64,000 bases of DNA from Octopus bimaculoides (taxonomy: Eukaryota): positions 38,671,438 to 38,735,437 of the forward strand of contig NC_069001.1 of NCBI RefSeq assembly GCF_001194135.2. The letters are read 5' to 3'. Below are positions 22,300 through 33,880 of this stretch, piece after piece. The position numbers were made by a program, and so were the translations under genes. Under the pieces are notes generated by a model that saw nothing but the letters and a program-made list of their open reading frames with translations, was not told the DNA's origin and made no database searches. The stretch's first letter is position 1. Every line of letters begins with the position of its first letter.

Positions 22300-22513
22300 G
22301 ATGGGGTGCTGAAAAGTTCCTGGCTTTGGGTAAAAGAAAATACAGGAGGATCAATTAATTATGATTTTATTTAACATATTCCCCTCTCAGATTCACACAC
22401 TTATTGCAACGGTCCTTCAGTTTTTCTAAACTCTGTAAAAGAACTCAGACGGTTGAGCCTCCACCCAGGCCTTTTGTGATATCCTTAAAGCTAGGAACTT
22501 TTCAGCACCCTCT
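22299..22513. mobile_element. Mariner-type MITE (about 215 bp)
   Basis: TIRs GGGGTGCTGAAAAGTTCCTGGCTTT and AAAGCTAGGAACTTTTCAGCACCC. A partial copy lies at 34614..34685. Confidence 0.8.
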
Positions 22514-22619
22514 TACATAACACATTTATTTAATACAAGAACACTTTAGTGAATGTTTATATGGGAGAGAGGGAGAGAGCCATATGAATTTATATGTCTA
22601 TATTGTTGTGTGTGTTTAA

Positions 22620-22783
22620 ATCTTTTCATTACCATATTTCTGTTGACAGACATTGTTTCAATTAACTTTGAAAAGGATGAAAAATTTTGTAGAATAATTT
22701 TTTAGTTGGTGTTTTGGAACATAAACTGGAAGGTTGTATCATAGAACCAGGAGTGATGGTCTGAGGTGGGTTGGAATCAACAG
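22620..22783. mobile_element. Decayed piggyBac-like MITE (second family)
   Basis: Flanked by TTAA at 22616-22619 and 22784-22787. The termini are eroded, and the interior matches a repeat I recall from octopus DNA. Confidence 0.4.
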
Positions 22784-23089
22784 TTAATAGAAGCATTCTT
22801 CAGGGGATAAGCTTTATGATGTGTGTAGAGATGTTTCATAATTTACCCATCTGCACTCCTAGCTTCCTGTTAGGACAACAGTAAATGAATTGAGAGATAT
22901 ATTTATAGATAATTGTGTAGTGTGTAGAATGTTGAAGTCAGTGATTGTCTGCTGACTGGAGTGGAGAGATTTGGTCACTTTGACCAGAATGAGATATAAA
23001 GAGGAAGAAGAGATCGTGTTAGCAGGGAGTGCGAGTATCTAGAACTGTGTGTGTGTGCCGCACGCGTATACATGTGTGTATGTGTTAAT

Positions 23090-23250
23090 ACATAGACTGA
23101 TGTGTGTGTGTGAGATAATATAGACTGGTGTGTGTGTGTGTGTGATAATACAGACTGGTGTGTGTGTGGGGGAGAGAGAGAGAGAATACAGACTGGTTTG
23201 TGTGATAATACAGACTGGAGTGTGTGTGTGTGTGTGTGTGTGTGATAGTA
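23090..23250. repeat. Compound minisatellite [GATAATACAGACTGG(TG)n] x about 5
   Basis: The core AATACAGACTG recurs between (TG)n tracts. Confidence 0.8.
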
Positions 23251-23369
23251 TGAGGGTCTTTGTGCATGTGTGTGTATGTAACTATTTGTGAGTAGATGCG
23301 TGATAGCATGTGAGATTGCTCTTTGTGTGTGTGTGTGTGTGTGTGTGTGTCTGTCCATCCCACTCTCAT

Positions 23370-23532
23370 CACTTGGTGTGTTTAGGTCCCTGAAACTTAG
23401 CGGTTTGGCAAAAGAGACCGATAGAATAAGTACTAAGCTTACAAAGAATAAGTCCTGGGGTCGATTTGCTCGACTAAGAGCAGTGCTCCAGCATGGCTGC
23501 AGTCAAATGACTGAAATGAGTAAAAGAATTAA
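23370..23532 (+). mobile_element. SINE family B
   Basis: GGTTTGGCAAAAGAGACCGATAGAATAAGTACT...CAGTCAAATGACTGAAA. A near-identical copy lies at 28675..28812 and a reverse piece at about 61660-61760. Confidence 0.8.
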
Positions 23533-23916
23533 AGAACATATATACACCCCCCCCCCCCCCAGGAGATGTCCATAAAGACTAACAGCAACAGAAGCATTTC
23601 TATAAAGGTGTGTGTAATAAAACACTAAGATGACATTTCCTTGTCAGTTCACAGCCAACTAACCACCGTCACAATCATCACTGTCTTTATCTCCATCAAT
23701 TTCTATATTGCCCATTCTTTGTTATTAGCAACATCACCATAACCATGGCAACATTCTCGGTAATGGAGCATGGCTAATTGGCATAGAAGTCATGGTTGAA
23801 TGATTTCCTCAGTTTGGGAGAGAGGAAGACAGAACCACTGTGCAGAAGGCAAAGAGAGGAGAGAATAATGAGAGAAGGAGAGAAAAAGGAGATAGTTATA
23901 TAAGAGAGAGAGAGAG

Positions 23917-23968
<52 letters not shown>

Positions 23969-23978
23969 NNNNNNNNNN

Positions 23979-23994
23979 TGTGCTCTTCCGATCT
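23979..23994 (+). other. Illumina TruSeq adapter remnant (assembly contamination)
   Basis: TGTGCTCTTCCGATCT is the 3' end of GTGACTGGAGTTCAGACGTGTGCTCTTCCGATCT, and it directly abuts a 10-N gap. Confidence 0.9.
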
Positions 23995-24844
23995 ACATAC
24001 ACTCATATGTATATGCATGTGAGTGTATGTGTGTGTGTGTGATTATAGATATGCAGAATGAGAGAGAGAGAATGAAAATTTAGTGTCAGTGTGACAAACC
24101 TACCAATATCTCTTAACAGTCACAAACTACACCCCTCTCTCTCTCTCTCTCTCTCTCCTTTTTCTCACACACACTACCCCCCATATCTCCCTCTCATGGC
24201 CTATCTACTGCCTTCTTTAAATCTCTAATATTTCTGCAATTGTCATTTAACAATCTAGTCATAAAACATTCCTACTTACATCATCATCAACCAGACTAAA
24301 AGTAAATATGTAAATTGTTGAGAGAGAGAGAGAGAACCAACATATCACTGAACAGCCAACAAAAGAGCTCATAGACAATCAGCTACCTTTTTCAAATCAC
24401 AACTAATATACAAAGAGAAGGATGGTCGTGACTGGAGCGTCTTTGAGTGTCAGATCTGACCTGGGTTTAAATAACCACCAAAATGGAAATAGCAACAACA
24501 TTCTGTCCAGGAATGTCAACATCTCTAATTAAACAATGAAATACATGAACAAGAGAGTTCAGTGGACACACAGACATTTCCTACTCTTTGATAGTCTGTC
24601 AAAAGAAATTCTGGTTTTTGTCTCCAGTAGTCATGGGGCAACTTGTGACCCACAGGATCTTCTGAAACTAAGTTTTTTTTAGTAGCATGGCCCATATAAA
24701 GATGAGCCATATCACACGTGACCAGCCTCTCAAAACAGCTTGCTCAAGCCTGGATTATACATGCCAATGGCCACATTCAAGAGAAACAACCAAGAAACAG
24801 AAAGAGTAGTGGAGAGGCAGATTAGGACAAGGCTTTATGATCCC

Positions 24845-24887
<43 letters not shown>

Positions 24888-25018
24888 GATACATACAAAC
24901 CATCGCCATGAACCACAGAACGTCTAGTATGACCATCAACTCATCAACTAAAGACAGAGGCCAGAGATCAAGTTATCAGAAGCTATAGATCTATTGATCA
25001 CATCTAAATGGTTTAGAT

Positions 25019-25268
25019 CAGTGGTTATCAACCAGAGTCCACATTAGATTTTGTTGTTAAAAATCCATCTGCAATAAATTGATTTTACTCCTACAATACA
25101 AAAAGATTTGAATTTCTGTTTTTTTTTTAAGCAATTCCAAATATTTAATAATAAAAATAGAATAAGATTTTTTATTTCGTATGCAGCAAAATGGCCACGG
25201 GGGTTGTGTAAAGTAAAACAGACACCAAAGGGGTCCAAAGAAAAAAAAAAAATGGTTGAGAACCAGTG
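25019..25268. mobile_element. hAT-type MITE
   Basis: TIRs CAGTGGTTATCAACC and GGTTGAGAACCAGTG. No clear 8-bp TSD remains. Confidence 0.75.
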
Positions 25269-26634
25269 AGCAGGAACTGGTTTCAAACCCTCAGTAATGA
25301 TGTAGTCGAAGAGCATGGAATGTCTTATCAGAAATAGTTTCAGAATTTATAAATAAACAAACTTGAAAGGACATTTATTGGTGTGAGACTGGTTAGACAT
25401 GGACATAATTATGTGAGCATTCAAATTAATTAGATCAGTTATTTTTACATATATTAATACAGTCACATGATTACTGAAGACTGGGTCTTAGGAATTATGT
25501 TTCTAGCAACCACATAAGTTGGTTTCTCTGTACAATTAGGCTTTGTGTATTAGGGAAGGGGAACAGAATACAGGACACTGGAAGTGGTGAGAAGTGTCAA
25601 TTAGCTCAACTGAGTTCATTTAGGAAATGAAAAGAAACATAATTGAGGATGTATGTTGTGGATGGGTGTGATAATGTGGTACAGAAGTTCACACAAGTTC
25701 AATCCCAGTGAAAGTCGTAAAAGATTAAAATATAAATACGAACTGACTTTTTAGATGTTACGCAAAGAAAGATGGGGTGGGGCAGTAGTGTCCATTTCCA
25801 GGCCCTTTTTATAATCTGGTGACACTGATGTCGTTCATGTCCAGCATAAATATCTGCCACAAGAACCCAGCGTGAACCCTGCCAGCTGGTGGTGGTGGTG
25901 GTGGTAGCAGTAACCATGCGGTGATGTTACTGTTTCAATTCTTACATAACTACATTCGTAGTGTTAACAACTGTGGGCTGCCTATTTGTATTAGTAATCT
26001 AATGCCAACATGACAGCAAAACAAAGGGAGTCTCTAGAAGGGATAAAAAAAAAAGGGGGGTCTATGTGAATGATGAAAAAAAAAAAGTCACTATAAGGGT
26101 CAAACAGGTTGTCTTTATAAAGGGATAAAAAACCCATTTCTCAACAACTGAGTCTATATGGTTACTTGATCTGCAAGAAGTAGCAGCTAAACCTCCTGTT
26201 AATTACATTTATCTTAAAAAAAAAAAAGAGAGATAAAGATATACTAGATTGTGTTATTCAAAGTACATTATGTTTGAAAGAAGTTGGAATGGTCATATCT
26301 GGAAAGCCTTTAATCACCAGGCCAGCCAGCTTGGGACTAAACACGACTACAACACATTCTTCTGTTCATTTGAAAAACTAGATTGATAATTGTCAATTAT
26401 ATGATTAATTAAAGCTAATTAACCTCGTTAGTATAAGTAGCATATATTGACAGGGGGTCTATAATCTCAACAACGTGGGTTCAATTGTGAGGTTGGTAAC
26501 TTTTCACTTTTCTTCTTCTTGGGGTTACTGAAATTCTAGGAATGAATTAACTTCAGTTAATTAGTTCTGTATCAATAGGTTCTTTCTGTTAATTGAGACC
26601 TGTTGGATAATTGAAGTTTCACACACACACTCAG

Positions 26635-27250
26635 GTGTAGTTGTGTAGTAAGGAGTTTGCTTCTCAATTACATGGTTCTGGGTTCAGTCCCACTGCGTGG
26701 CACCATAACCCATTGGCACTTAAAGTGGCCATAGACAGTCCAAAATATTCTACCTGTTTCAGGTTCACACTGTCACTATCTGGCCTCTTGTACCTACCCT
26801 ACATTGTCATTCTAGAAAATATATCATCACATCATCGTAATCTCAAAGCTATGAGAGATAACACATGATTAATTAAAAACAATCTAAATAAATAAGTATT
26901 AAATTTGACAGATTAATCTGAATGCTAAAGAGATAAGCAAATAACTTTTACTATAGCCCTGGGCCAAGTAAAGCCTTGTGAGTGGATTTGATAGGCAGAA
27001 ACTGAAACACGATCATCATGTGTGTGTGTGTGTGTGTGTGTGAATATCACTTTGTAGTTGTAAATGAGTGTCACTGCCATCCATACAAGCAGTGTTTTAT
27101 TTCCAATCCGTGAAAAACTTGTTATGGCCATGGGGCAAATATTAACTTGCTTGGAAACAACTGAAGGTAGGTGACAGGAAGGGCATTCAGATGTAGAGAA
27201 GCTGCCTCCATAAACTCCATCTGACCCATGCTAGCATGGGTAAGTGGATG
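26635..27250 (+). mobile_element. SINE family C (tRNA-like head plus RTE tail), interrupted by a MITE
   Basis: Head GGTTCTGGGTTCAGTCCCACTGCGTGGCACC, resuming at 26937 with ACTATAGCC...AAAGCCTTGTGAGTGGATTTG and ending in the GAAGGGCAT...ACCCATGCTAGCATGG tail. Other copies lie at about 12330, 49500, 53445, 61820 and 63400. Confidence 0.8.
26709..26932. mobile_element. piggyBac-type MITE with an ATAA target duplication
   Basis: ATAA|CCCATTGGCACTT...AATGCTAAAGAG|ATAA. The interior matches the element at 42327..42738. Confidence 0.7.
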
Positions 27251-28674
27251 ATAAGATGATAGCACACACACAGCTGAGTGATGTTCTAGAATATCTTTTA
27301 AAGGTATCCACCCCCACCTGTGATGTTTTTGTCCCTTATTCACAACAAGTAAATGAAGTTGTCATTGCTCAGTCTGCTGAAAATAGCAGCCAAATCTACC
27401 CCAGCTTGCACTGTAGTGTCTTACATAATGCAAGGACTCATACAGTCAGTTGCCTGGTTCCCATGGCAGTGAGGTTACTCATTTATAAATGAGTGAGGTG
27501 AAGCAATGTGGAATGAAAGGTTTTGCTCAAGAAAACAACAAAGCATCAGACATGGAAAACACAACCTTGCAATAGAGGATGCAAAATGTCCTAACCCCTA
27601 TTGATGTACCCCTATAGAAACAACTTGGTGATTGACCAGTAGTTAAATGAGATGGACTGTAGTCAGATAGAATCAAGAGATGGGTCCACGTATAAAACAA
27701 TATGGTTACCAGAGGTTTGAAATCTTCAATATTGAGATGGGAAGCAGCCAACCCAGTAGGGTCCAATAGAACTATCAACATGGTTAGGAGAGAGAGTCAT
27801 GGAAGGATTAAGAGTGAAGCAAGCTAACGTATTTAATGCAAGGAGTTAAAAATATTTTTAATTAATTAAAATTATATCTGTAATAAAGTGAAGCAGTTGT
27901 TAGCTTTAATGATTAATTCTAGACAAACAAGACAGCTTTGAACTGGAATATTAATTAAAGACTGAACAGTGACATGTAGCGAGCATCGTCTTTGGTGACA
28001 ACAAATGTAGACATGTTTCAATCTTATTAAAACCCATCAGAGAAAGTCGTAGCCCATTAGGGGCTGAGAAAATACAGAAATCATATGAACAACAATGGGA
28101 AACATTCCCAAGGAGGCTCTCTTCATACAACTTCTGCTGTAGTTGTCACAGTAACAATATCTCGTTGCAGTTGTTTGTAGTGGAGTGGTAGAGTGGATAC
28201 ATGACCTAAACTTCTTGCATTTCTGGGGCATAACACTCGATTGGCACTAACAGGTACCAGGTCAGCTGGGAATATCACCAGCAACAGACTGCTGTTATCC
28301 TATCCAGGAGGAGATTTTATGATAAAACCACAGTGAACCAGTTCTAACAATCTTTACTGCTTCATAGAGGGTGACTTGTTGTTCAACCACCTGAATCAGC
28401 AGAGATCTGTGAACGAAAGACACCCCAGCCATAGCCACCTCAACTTCCCTGTGTATCAGAAGCACAGATTACATTGTGCAGTGCATTTGCCTTTATTTAT
28501 AGTGGTAAGGGTGTGATTGGAAGGAAATTTAGCTATTATTTCGAGTAGGTCTAGTGACAAGAGACTTCCGGGCTGACGCAACTTACCAGTTGAAATCTAT
28601 TGTAGAGACTCCAGTAATCTAAGAATATAAGGAATGAGCAAGATTTCCTTATTCTACACTGGTTGTTGAGAATA

Positions 28675-28812
28675 GCAGTTTGGCAAAAGAGACCGATAGA
28701 ATAAGTACTAGGCTTACAAAGAACAAATCCAGGGGTTGATTTGTTCGACTAAAGGTGGTGGTCCAGCATGGCAGCAGTCAAATGACTGAAACAAGTGAAA
28801 GAGTAAAAGACA
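28675..28812 (+). mobile_element. SINE family B
   Basis: Aligns with 23400..23532 by eye. Confidence 0.8.
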
Positions 28813-30558
28813 ATCTCAGCAACAGAGAGAACTCGCCATCTCTCTCATTTTATATACGAAACAACAAAAGTAGCTAGCTTTTTTTNNNNNNNNNNNNNNN
28901 NNNNNNNNNNNNNNNNNNNNNNNNNNNNTTTTTTTTTTTTTTTTAGTCTGTTACTGCGTGCTGGATAATGAAGGACTCTAACAAGTGACAAGATAGTGTG
29001 AGAACCATCCAACTGATGCGAGCATAGGAAACTGGCTTGATGAAGATGATGCTGATGGTGGTGGTGATATATTTCATCAGTGGCTGTCAGGGCTTCAGGA
29101 GCCAGCAGTTTTAGTAAACAGAACATGACAGCTGAAGAGGCAAGTTGGGTTGTGTGTTTATAATTCGATATTAGAGAAAACAACAACTACAAATCAATAA
29201 TTAGTATTGAACCAACACAGCTCTAGTATGAAATACGTGTTCAATACTACTGTCGTTATTGATTTGTTGGAGCTGCAGAGTCACCAGGTTATACAAAGGG
29301 AGGAGAGGAAAAATCAATAAGACAAACCTCTCTCTCCCCAATATACATCTGGTATTTGTTTTTATCAATTTCAGGAGATGAGAAAAGCAGAATGAATCTC
29401 TGGATGGTCAACTAATTGATTATTAATTAACAATGTATGAAAGAAACCAGAAATCTTAATTGCCTTCCTATATCAAAGGATCCAGTTCCTTCTTATTATC
29501 CAATGGGTTGGAGCCATCAAGGGTCACACAAAGGGTTTTGCATCTGCAAGAATCTAGGGCTAATAATCTACAACAGGCATCAGCAACCATTTGAAAGAAG
29601 AGGGCAAAGAAGACTTGGTTTGTCATCAAGCAAGATTCACTACTATAAAAAAAAGTTTTGGCATGCCATTCATAAAGTCCCATGGGCCACAATTTCCCCC
29701 TGACTGGACTACAAGGTACCACTCTGTAGCTGGCACAATCGATTGTTAGAGTCTTGCAAAGGGAAGTTCACAACAAGTTGGGTCTGTAACTTTATTTTAA
29801 ATTTCCAAGTGATACCGTGGAAATGTCAGTCCAACACACAACACTTTGACTTAGCAAAGGACCCTCTAAATGGCCACTCAATTTGCTAGACATAGCAGTC
29901 AAATCTCTGTAAAACCCATTGAGCTTTGCTTGAAAATCAAGATGATATGGTCGTGACTGGAATGTCTTTGACGACATGTCAAATAGATCAGAACTGGTTT
30001 TATAGTTAGACATCATGCACACCACAGAATCTTATTTCCCTCTCCTGTATGATAATTTTGCAATAAATGGCTGGGAGGGGGAGTGTCTGACAATGACAGC
30101 GTGAACTTAGAGTACTAAGAGAGGAGGTGGGGGTACATTTGTGTGAGTATGAAATAAACTTTGAATTAAGACATCATTGTAACTTGACAAACTGGTTGCC
30201 CTATCAAGCAATATTAATTAAATCGTTCTAATTAAACCTACTTCAAACAACAAAACCTTTGAACTACTTCAGCATTATCTTGTATTTAATCTACCATTTC
30301 TGCTACACTTTGTCTCTTCTTCCACATCAGAGATTCCTATAGATTTTTCTAAGAAGACCCTAACCAATAAAAATATATATCACCACGGGAAACCCCTCTA
30401 TAAGATCAATAATAAATAGCAAAAAGTAACGGATACACAACAGAGCAAAACAAAGTATTAAATATAATTGTTAACAGGTATGAATGCATAAATGCCCTCG
30501 CTTATGTTGTATACTGCACCATAGACTTGCTTGGACAGAACATCCCTGAAGATACAAG

Positions 30559-30594
<36 letters not shown>

Positions 30595-30789
30595 GTTTGG
30601 TGCACATACGCTTGCACAGCAAATTAAATAGCTATTTAGAGTTTATAAGAATGAGGAGGATGGAGTTCAATAGAATTCATCCATACCTTAAGGAAAATTA
30701 TGATTATTAATTTGGTTAACAGTTACTCAAATTCATTCCCACTGCATGGTATGAAAGTATATTTATAAGCATGTAAGCATCTTGAGAGT

Positions 30790-31340
30790 CTTTCAGAAAT
30801 TCTATTAATGATCTCCTTATTGGTCCACAAAATAGACAAGGATTCCTCGGAGCATAATCTGCATTTTCTGGAAACAATATTGTAAGGCCGTGCGTGCCTT
30901 ACTATGGACCAAATTAGATCATATTTAAATTTATATTCCTTAAGTTGTCACACAAAATCAGCCAAAGATGTTGAATGCCTCTTGTTGATTTTCTTGAAGC
31001 TGGTGACATGGTTGTGATAACAATTCCTGAATGAATCAGCCGTTACCCCAATGTAAATGTATGGTCTTCCCGTTGTGTGTACAGTACATTTATATACAAG
31101 ATTTGTACTCATACAGAGGTTCATTGATGGGCATTTTGATTTTTCTCTGCATGAGCATTCATTAGATTTGGTTGCATATGTGGCAGTTCTGACTTCCATT
31201 TTCTGACACTGTTATAAATGTAGTGAGGAAGTGTCACATCAAGGCTAGATAAGCTGTTATCACAAACTGGCATGAAGTCATGGGAAGAACAATTAATGTG
31301 ACATTTCAACTTCATAGATCTTTAGGTTGTTACTTTAACA
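30790..31340 (-). mobile_element. Penelope-like retroelement, GIY-YIG endonuclease region
   Basis: ORF 30948..31199 reads CSCREKSKCP...LVYKCTV...IYIGVTADSFRNCYHNHVTSF...STSLADFV. After a stop it continues YDLIWSIVRHARPYNIVSRKCRLCSEE, typical of the PLE endonuclease with its Cys-rich linker. Confidence 0.85.
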
Positions 31341-31805
31341 GAAAACATAACCAGTAAAACCAAACCGGTTGGCTGACACTCCATCAATTACGATGCCGAG
31401 TGTTCCAGTCGATCTAATCAACGGAACAGCCTGCTAGTAAAATTAAAGTGTAAGTGGTTGAGCACTCCACAGACACAAGTATCTTTAACGTAGTTCTCAG
31501 GGAGAAGGCTGCCCCTTTGAAGTACAAATACTACTCATTTCTGGCAGCTGACAGGAGCAACATGAAATAAAGTGTCTTCCTCAAAGAACCAAGTATCTAT
31601 TGGGAATTGAACTCACGACTTTATCATTAGGAGCCAAATACCCCAACCACTAAGCCACATTGCTTCACAATGAAACAGATGCATTCAGTTGTTTGTGAGA
31701 TAACAACACACAACAACACATCACTGGCTACAATATTGAACATGCATTTCACATGAAGGAAGTATTGTGTCTTGATGAGAGGGCAAAGACACATATCAAA
31801 AGGTA

Positions 31806-32117
31806 ACTGGCTATGATGTAGAACTGTGAAGATGTGGCAACAACACACAACTGATGACTGGCTTTGATGTAGAACCAATGCATTTAACAGTGAAAGTAGG
31901 AGAAAGACACAGAACACTGGCTATGATGTAGAAAAACGATGACACTGACTATGATGTAGAACCAATGCATTTACCAGGGATGGTAGGAGAAAGACACAGA
32001 CCACTAGCTTTTGTGTAGAACAGTGATGACACTGGCTACGATGTAGAACAGTGAAGGTAGCAAAAAGATCACTGGCTATAATGTAGAACAGTGATGACAC
32101 TGGCTACGATGTAGAAC
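31806..32117. repeat. Higher-order minisatellite, 8 copies of ACTGGCTATGATGTAGAAC
   Basis: Cores start at 31806, 31857, 31916, 31944, 32003, 32031, 32071 and 32099 (spacings 51, 59, 28, 59, 28, 40, 28). Confidence 0.9.
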
Positions 32118-32306
32118 CAATGTAGTATATGTAACAATGATGTGAGACAGTGGTCTGATGAAGTATTATGAAAGCTGTTCTCACTAATCTCTTCTTTGTC
32201 TCTCTCTCCTCATCTCTCCAAATTAATTCACCATTGATTGATGGTTAATTGTTAGTTGGAAGCCTGACAGAACTTGTGATCAATGTAAATATTGTTTATA
32301 TTACAG

Positions 32307-32342
<36 letters not shown>

Positions 32343-32492
32343 TAATAGTGAGAGTGGCAGACATGGTAGAGTACCAGACTAATGTCTGTTTCATCCCCCT
32401 CCAAGTCCTGAGTTCAAATGCCACCCTATCGTTTCTGCTCTTCAAGGGTTAACAAGATAACTATCCGATATATAGGGGAGTTTGATTTTAAG

Positions 32493-32537
<45 letters not shown>

Positions 32538-32755
32538 TACATAGGTTGCAAAGTTACTGTGCTCACTTTGAGAGGGAGCCATTTAGATAAACAATAGTTG
32601 ATTATATTAAACAGAGGATAATACAATATCTGGAACCGATTAAGCAGATCATTTTCAATTTATTTTAAAGAAAGAGTTTGGGAACCATTAATTTTGATAA
32701 CAATAATTGTTTGATAGCCTTATTCATTTATCATAATAAGGAGCTTCCACTATAT

Positions 32756-32791
<36 letters not shown>

Positions 32792-33259
32792 AAACCCATA
32801 CAAATGGATTAAATTTTAATAAGACAGCTGGGAAAGAAGGTACCAGACGTCTGTTTGTTCATTTCACATGTGTTTTCCCAAACTGGATATGGGTTAGACC
32901 AGTGGTTCCCAAAATGGGCAGTATTGCCACCCCACATGGGGGCGGTGGAAAGTTCTAAGGGGGGCACTGAAGAAAAGTGGCGCGATAATGGGGTAAAAAC
33001 AATGAAATAATGGGTTCATTAGGTTAAGTTATATTTGTGAAATGGTTTCTGTGGCTGGATCCCCTTCTTAACACCAATCACTTTACAAAGTGGACTGGAT
33101 GGCACCAGCACCAGTGAGGTGACCTTTAACTCAAAAGACCAAGATCCTCCTCTTCTAGCTGAGTGGGAGTACAATAGAAGAGGCAGCTTGGGTTGAGGGG
33201 CTGAGGGTATGATAGAGGAAACAGTAGCAGGTTTGTTGCTGTAGAGGAGATACATGGCT

Positions 33260-33880
33260 AGCCTGCATTAAATAAGGGTAGGTCGTCGGAGAAATTAGGA
33301 CAAAGCTGAAAATGGGTATGGGGAATCAGACAGCATACCCTCAAGGTACAGTGATAAAGGGAAGAGGAAGTATGGAGACAGATCAGGAAGGGTGGATGGG
33401 TGAGATATGGTTATAGAATGGAATGGGGGTGAATGTAGTGAGGGATAATCAAGGGTGTAAAAGTGATCAATGATAAACGAGTTAAGTAGGAGGAGAGGAT
33501 AAAAATGAGGGATGGATGTGAATAAAACTCACTCAGGGGAGAGTGGGTGATGACTGGCAGTGCTGAAAGGGTAAAGAAGAGCACATATGATAGTACAGTA
33601 GGAAGGAGAAGGATGAGAGATAGAAAATAGGTGGGAGTAGATGGGTAAAAGCTGGAAGAATGGACAGGGGATGGGGATAAGGAGAATGAGAGATGTACAG
33701 TGTTAAGAGTGGAGGTGGTCAGAGGTAGACTGGAGTGAATGTAATAAGTGGTGAACAAAGGCAGGGATAGTGACTGGTAAGTATGAGTGAGTGTTGAGAA
33801 TGAGGTTTGGATGTCAATAAGAAGTGGTTGAGGGGGGGGGGGGTGAGGAGAGATAAATGGTAGCACAGAAAAGAATAAAA
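33260..33880 (+). repeat. Purine-rich low-complexity tract
   Basis: Strong G/A excess and C scarcity on the + strand, ending next to an RTE/SINE tail. Confidence 0.6.

Noticed and set aside
28997-29131. Protein-like plus-strand frame ENHPTDASIGNWLDEDDADGGGDIFHQWLSGLQEP
   Set aside because: It is bounded by stops, has no usable acceptor in frame, and the acidic stretch comes from (GAT)/(GGT) repeats.
31806-32117. CRISPR-like look of the repeat-spacer array
   Set aside because: The spacers are related to each other and of unequal length, there are no cas genes, and the context is eukaryotic.
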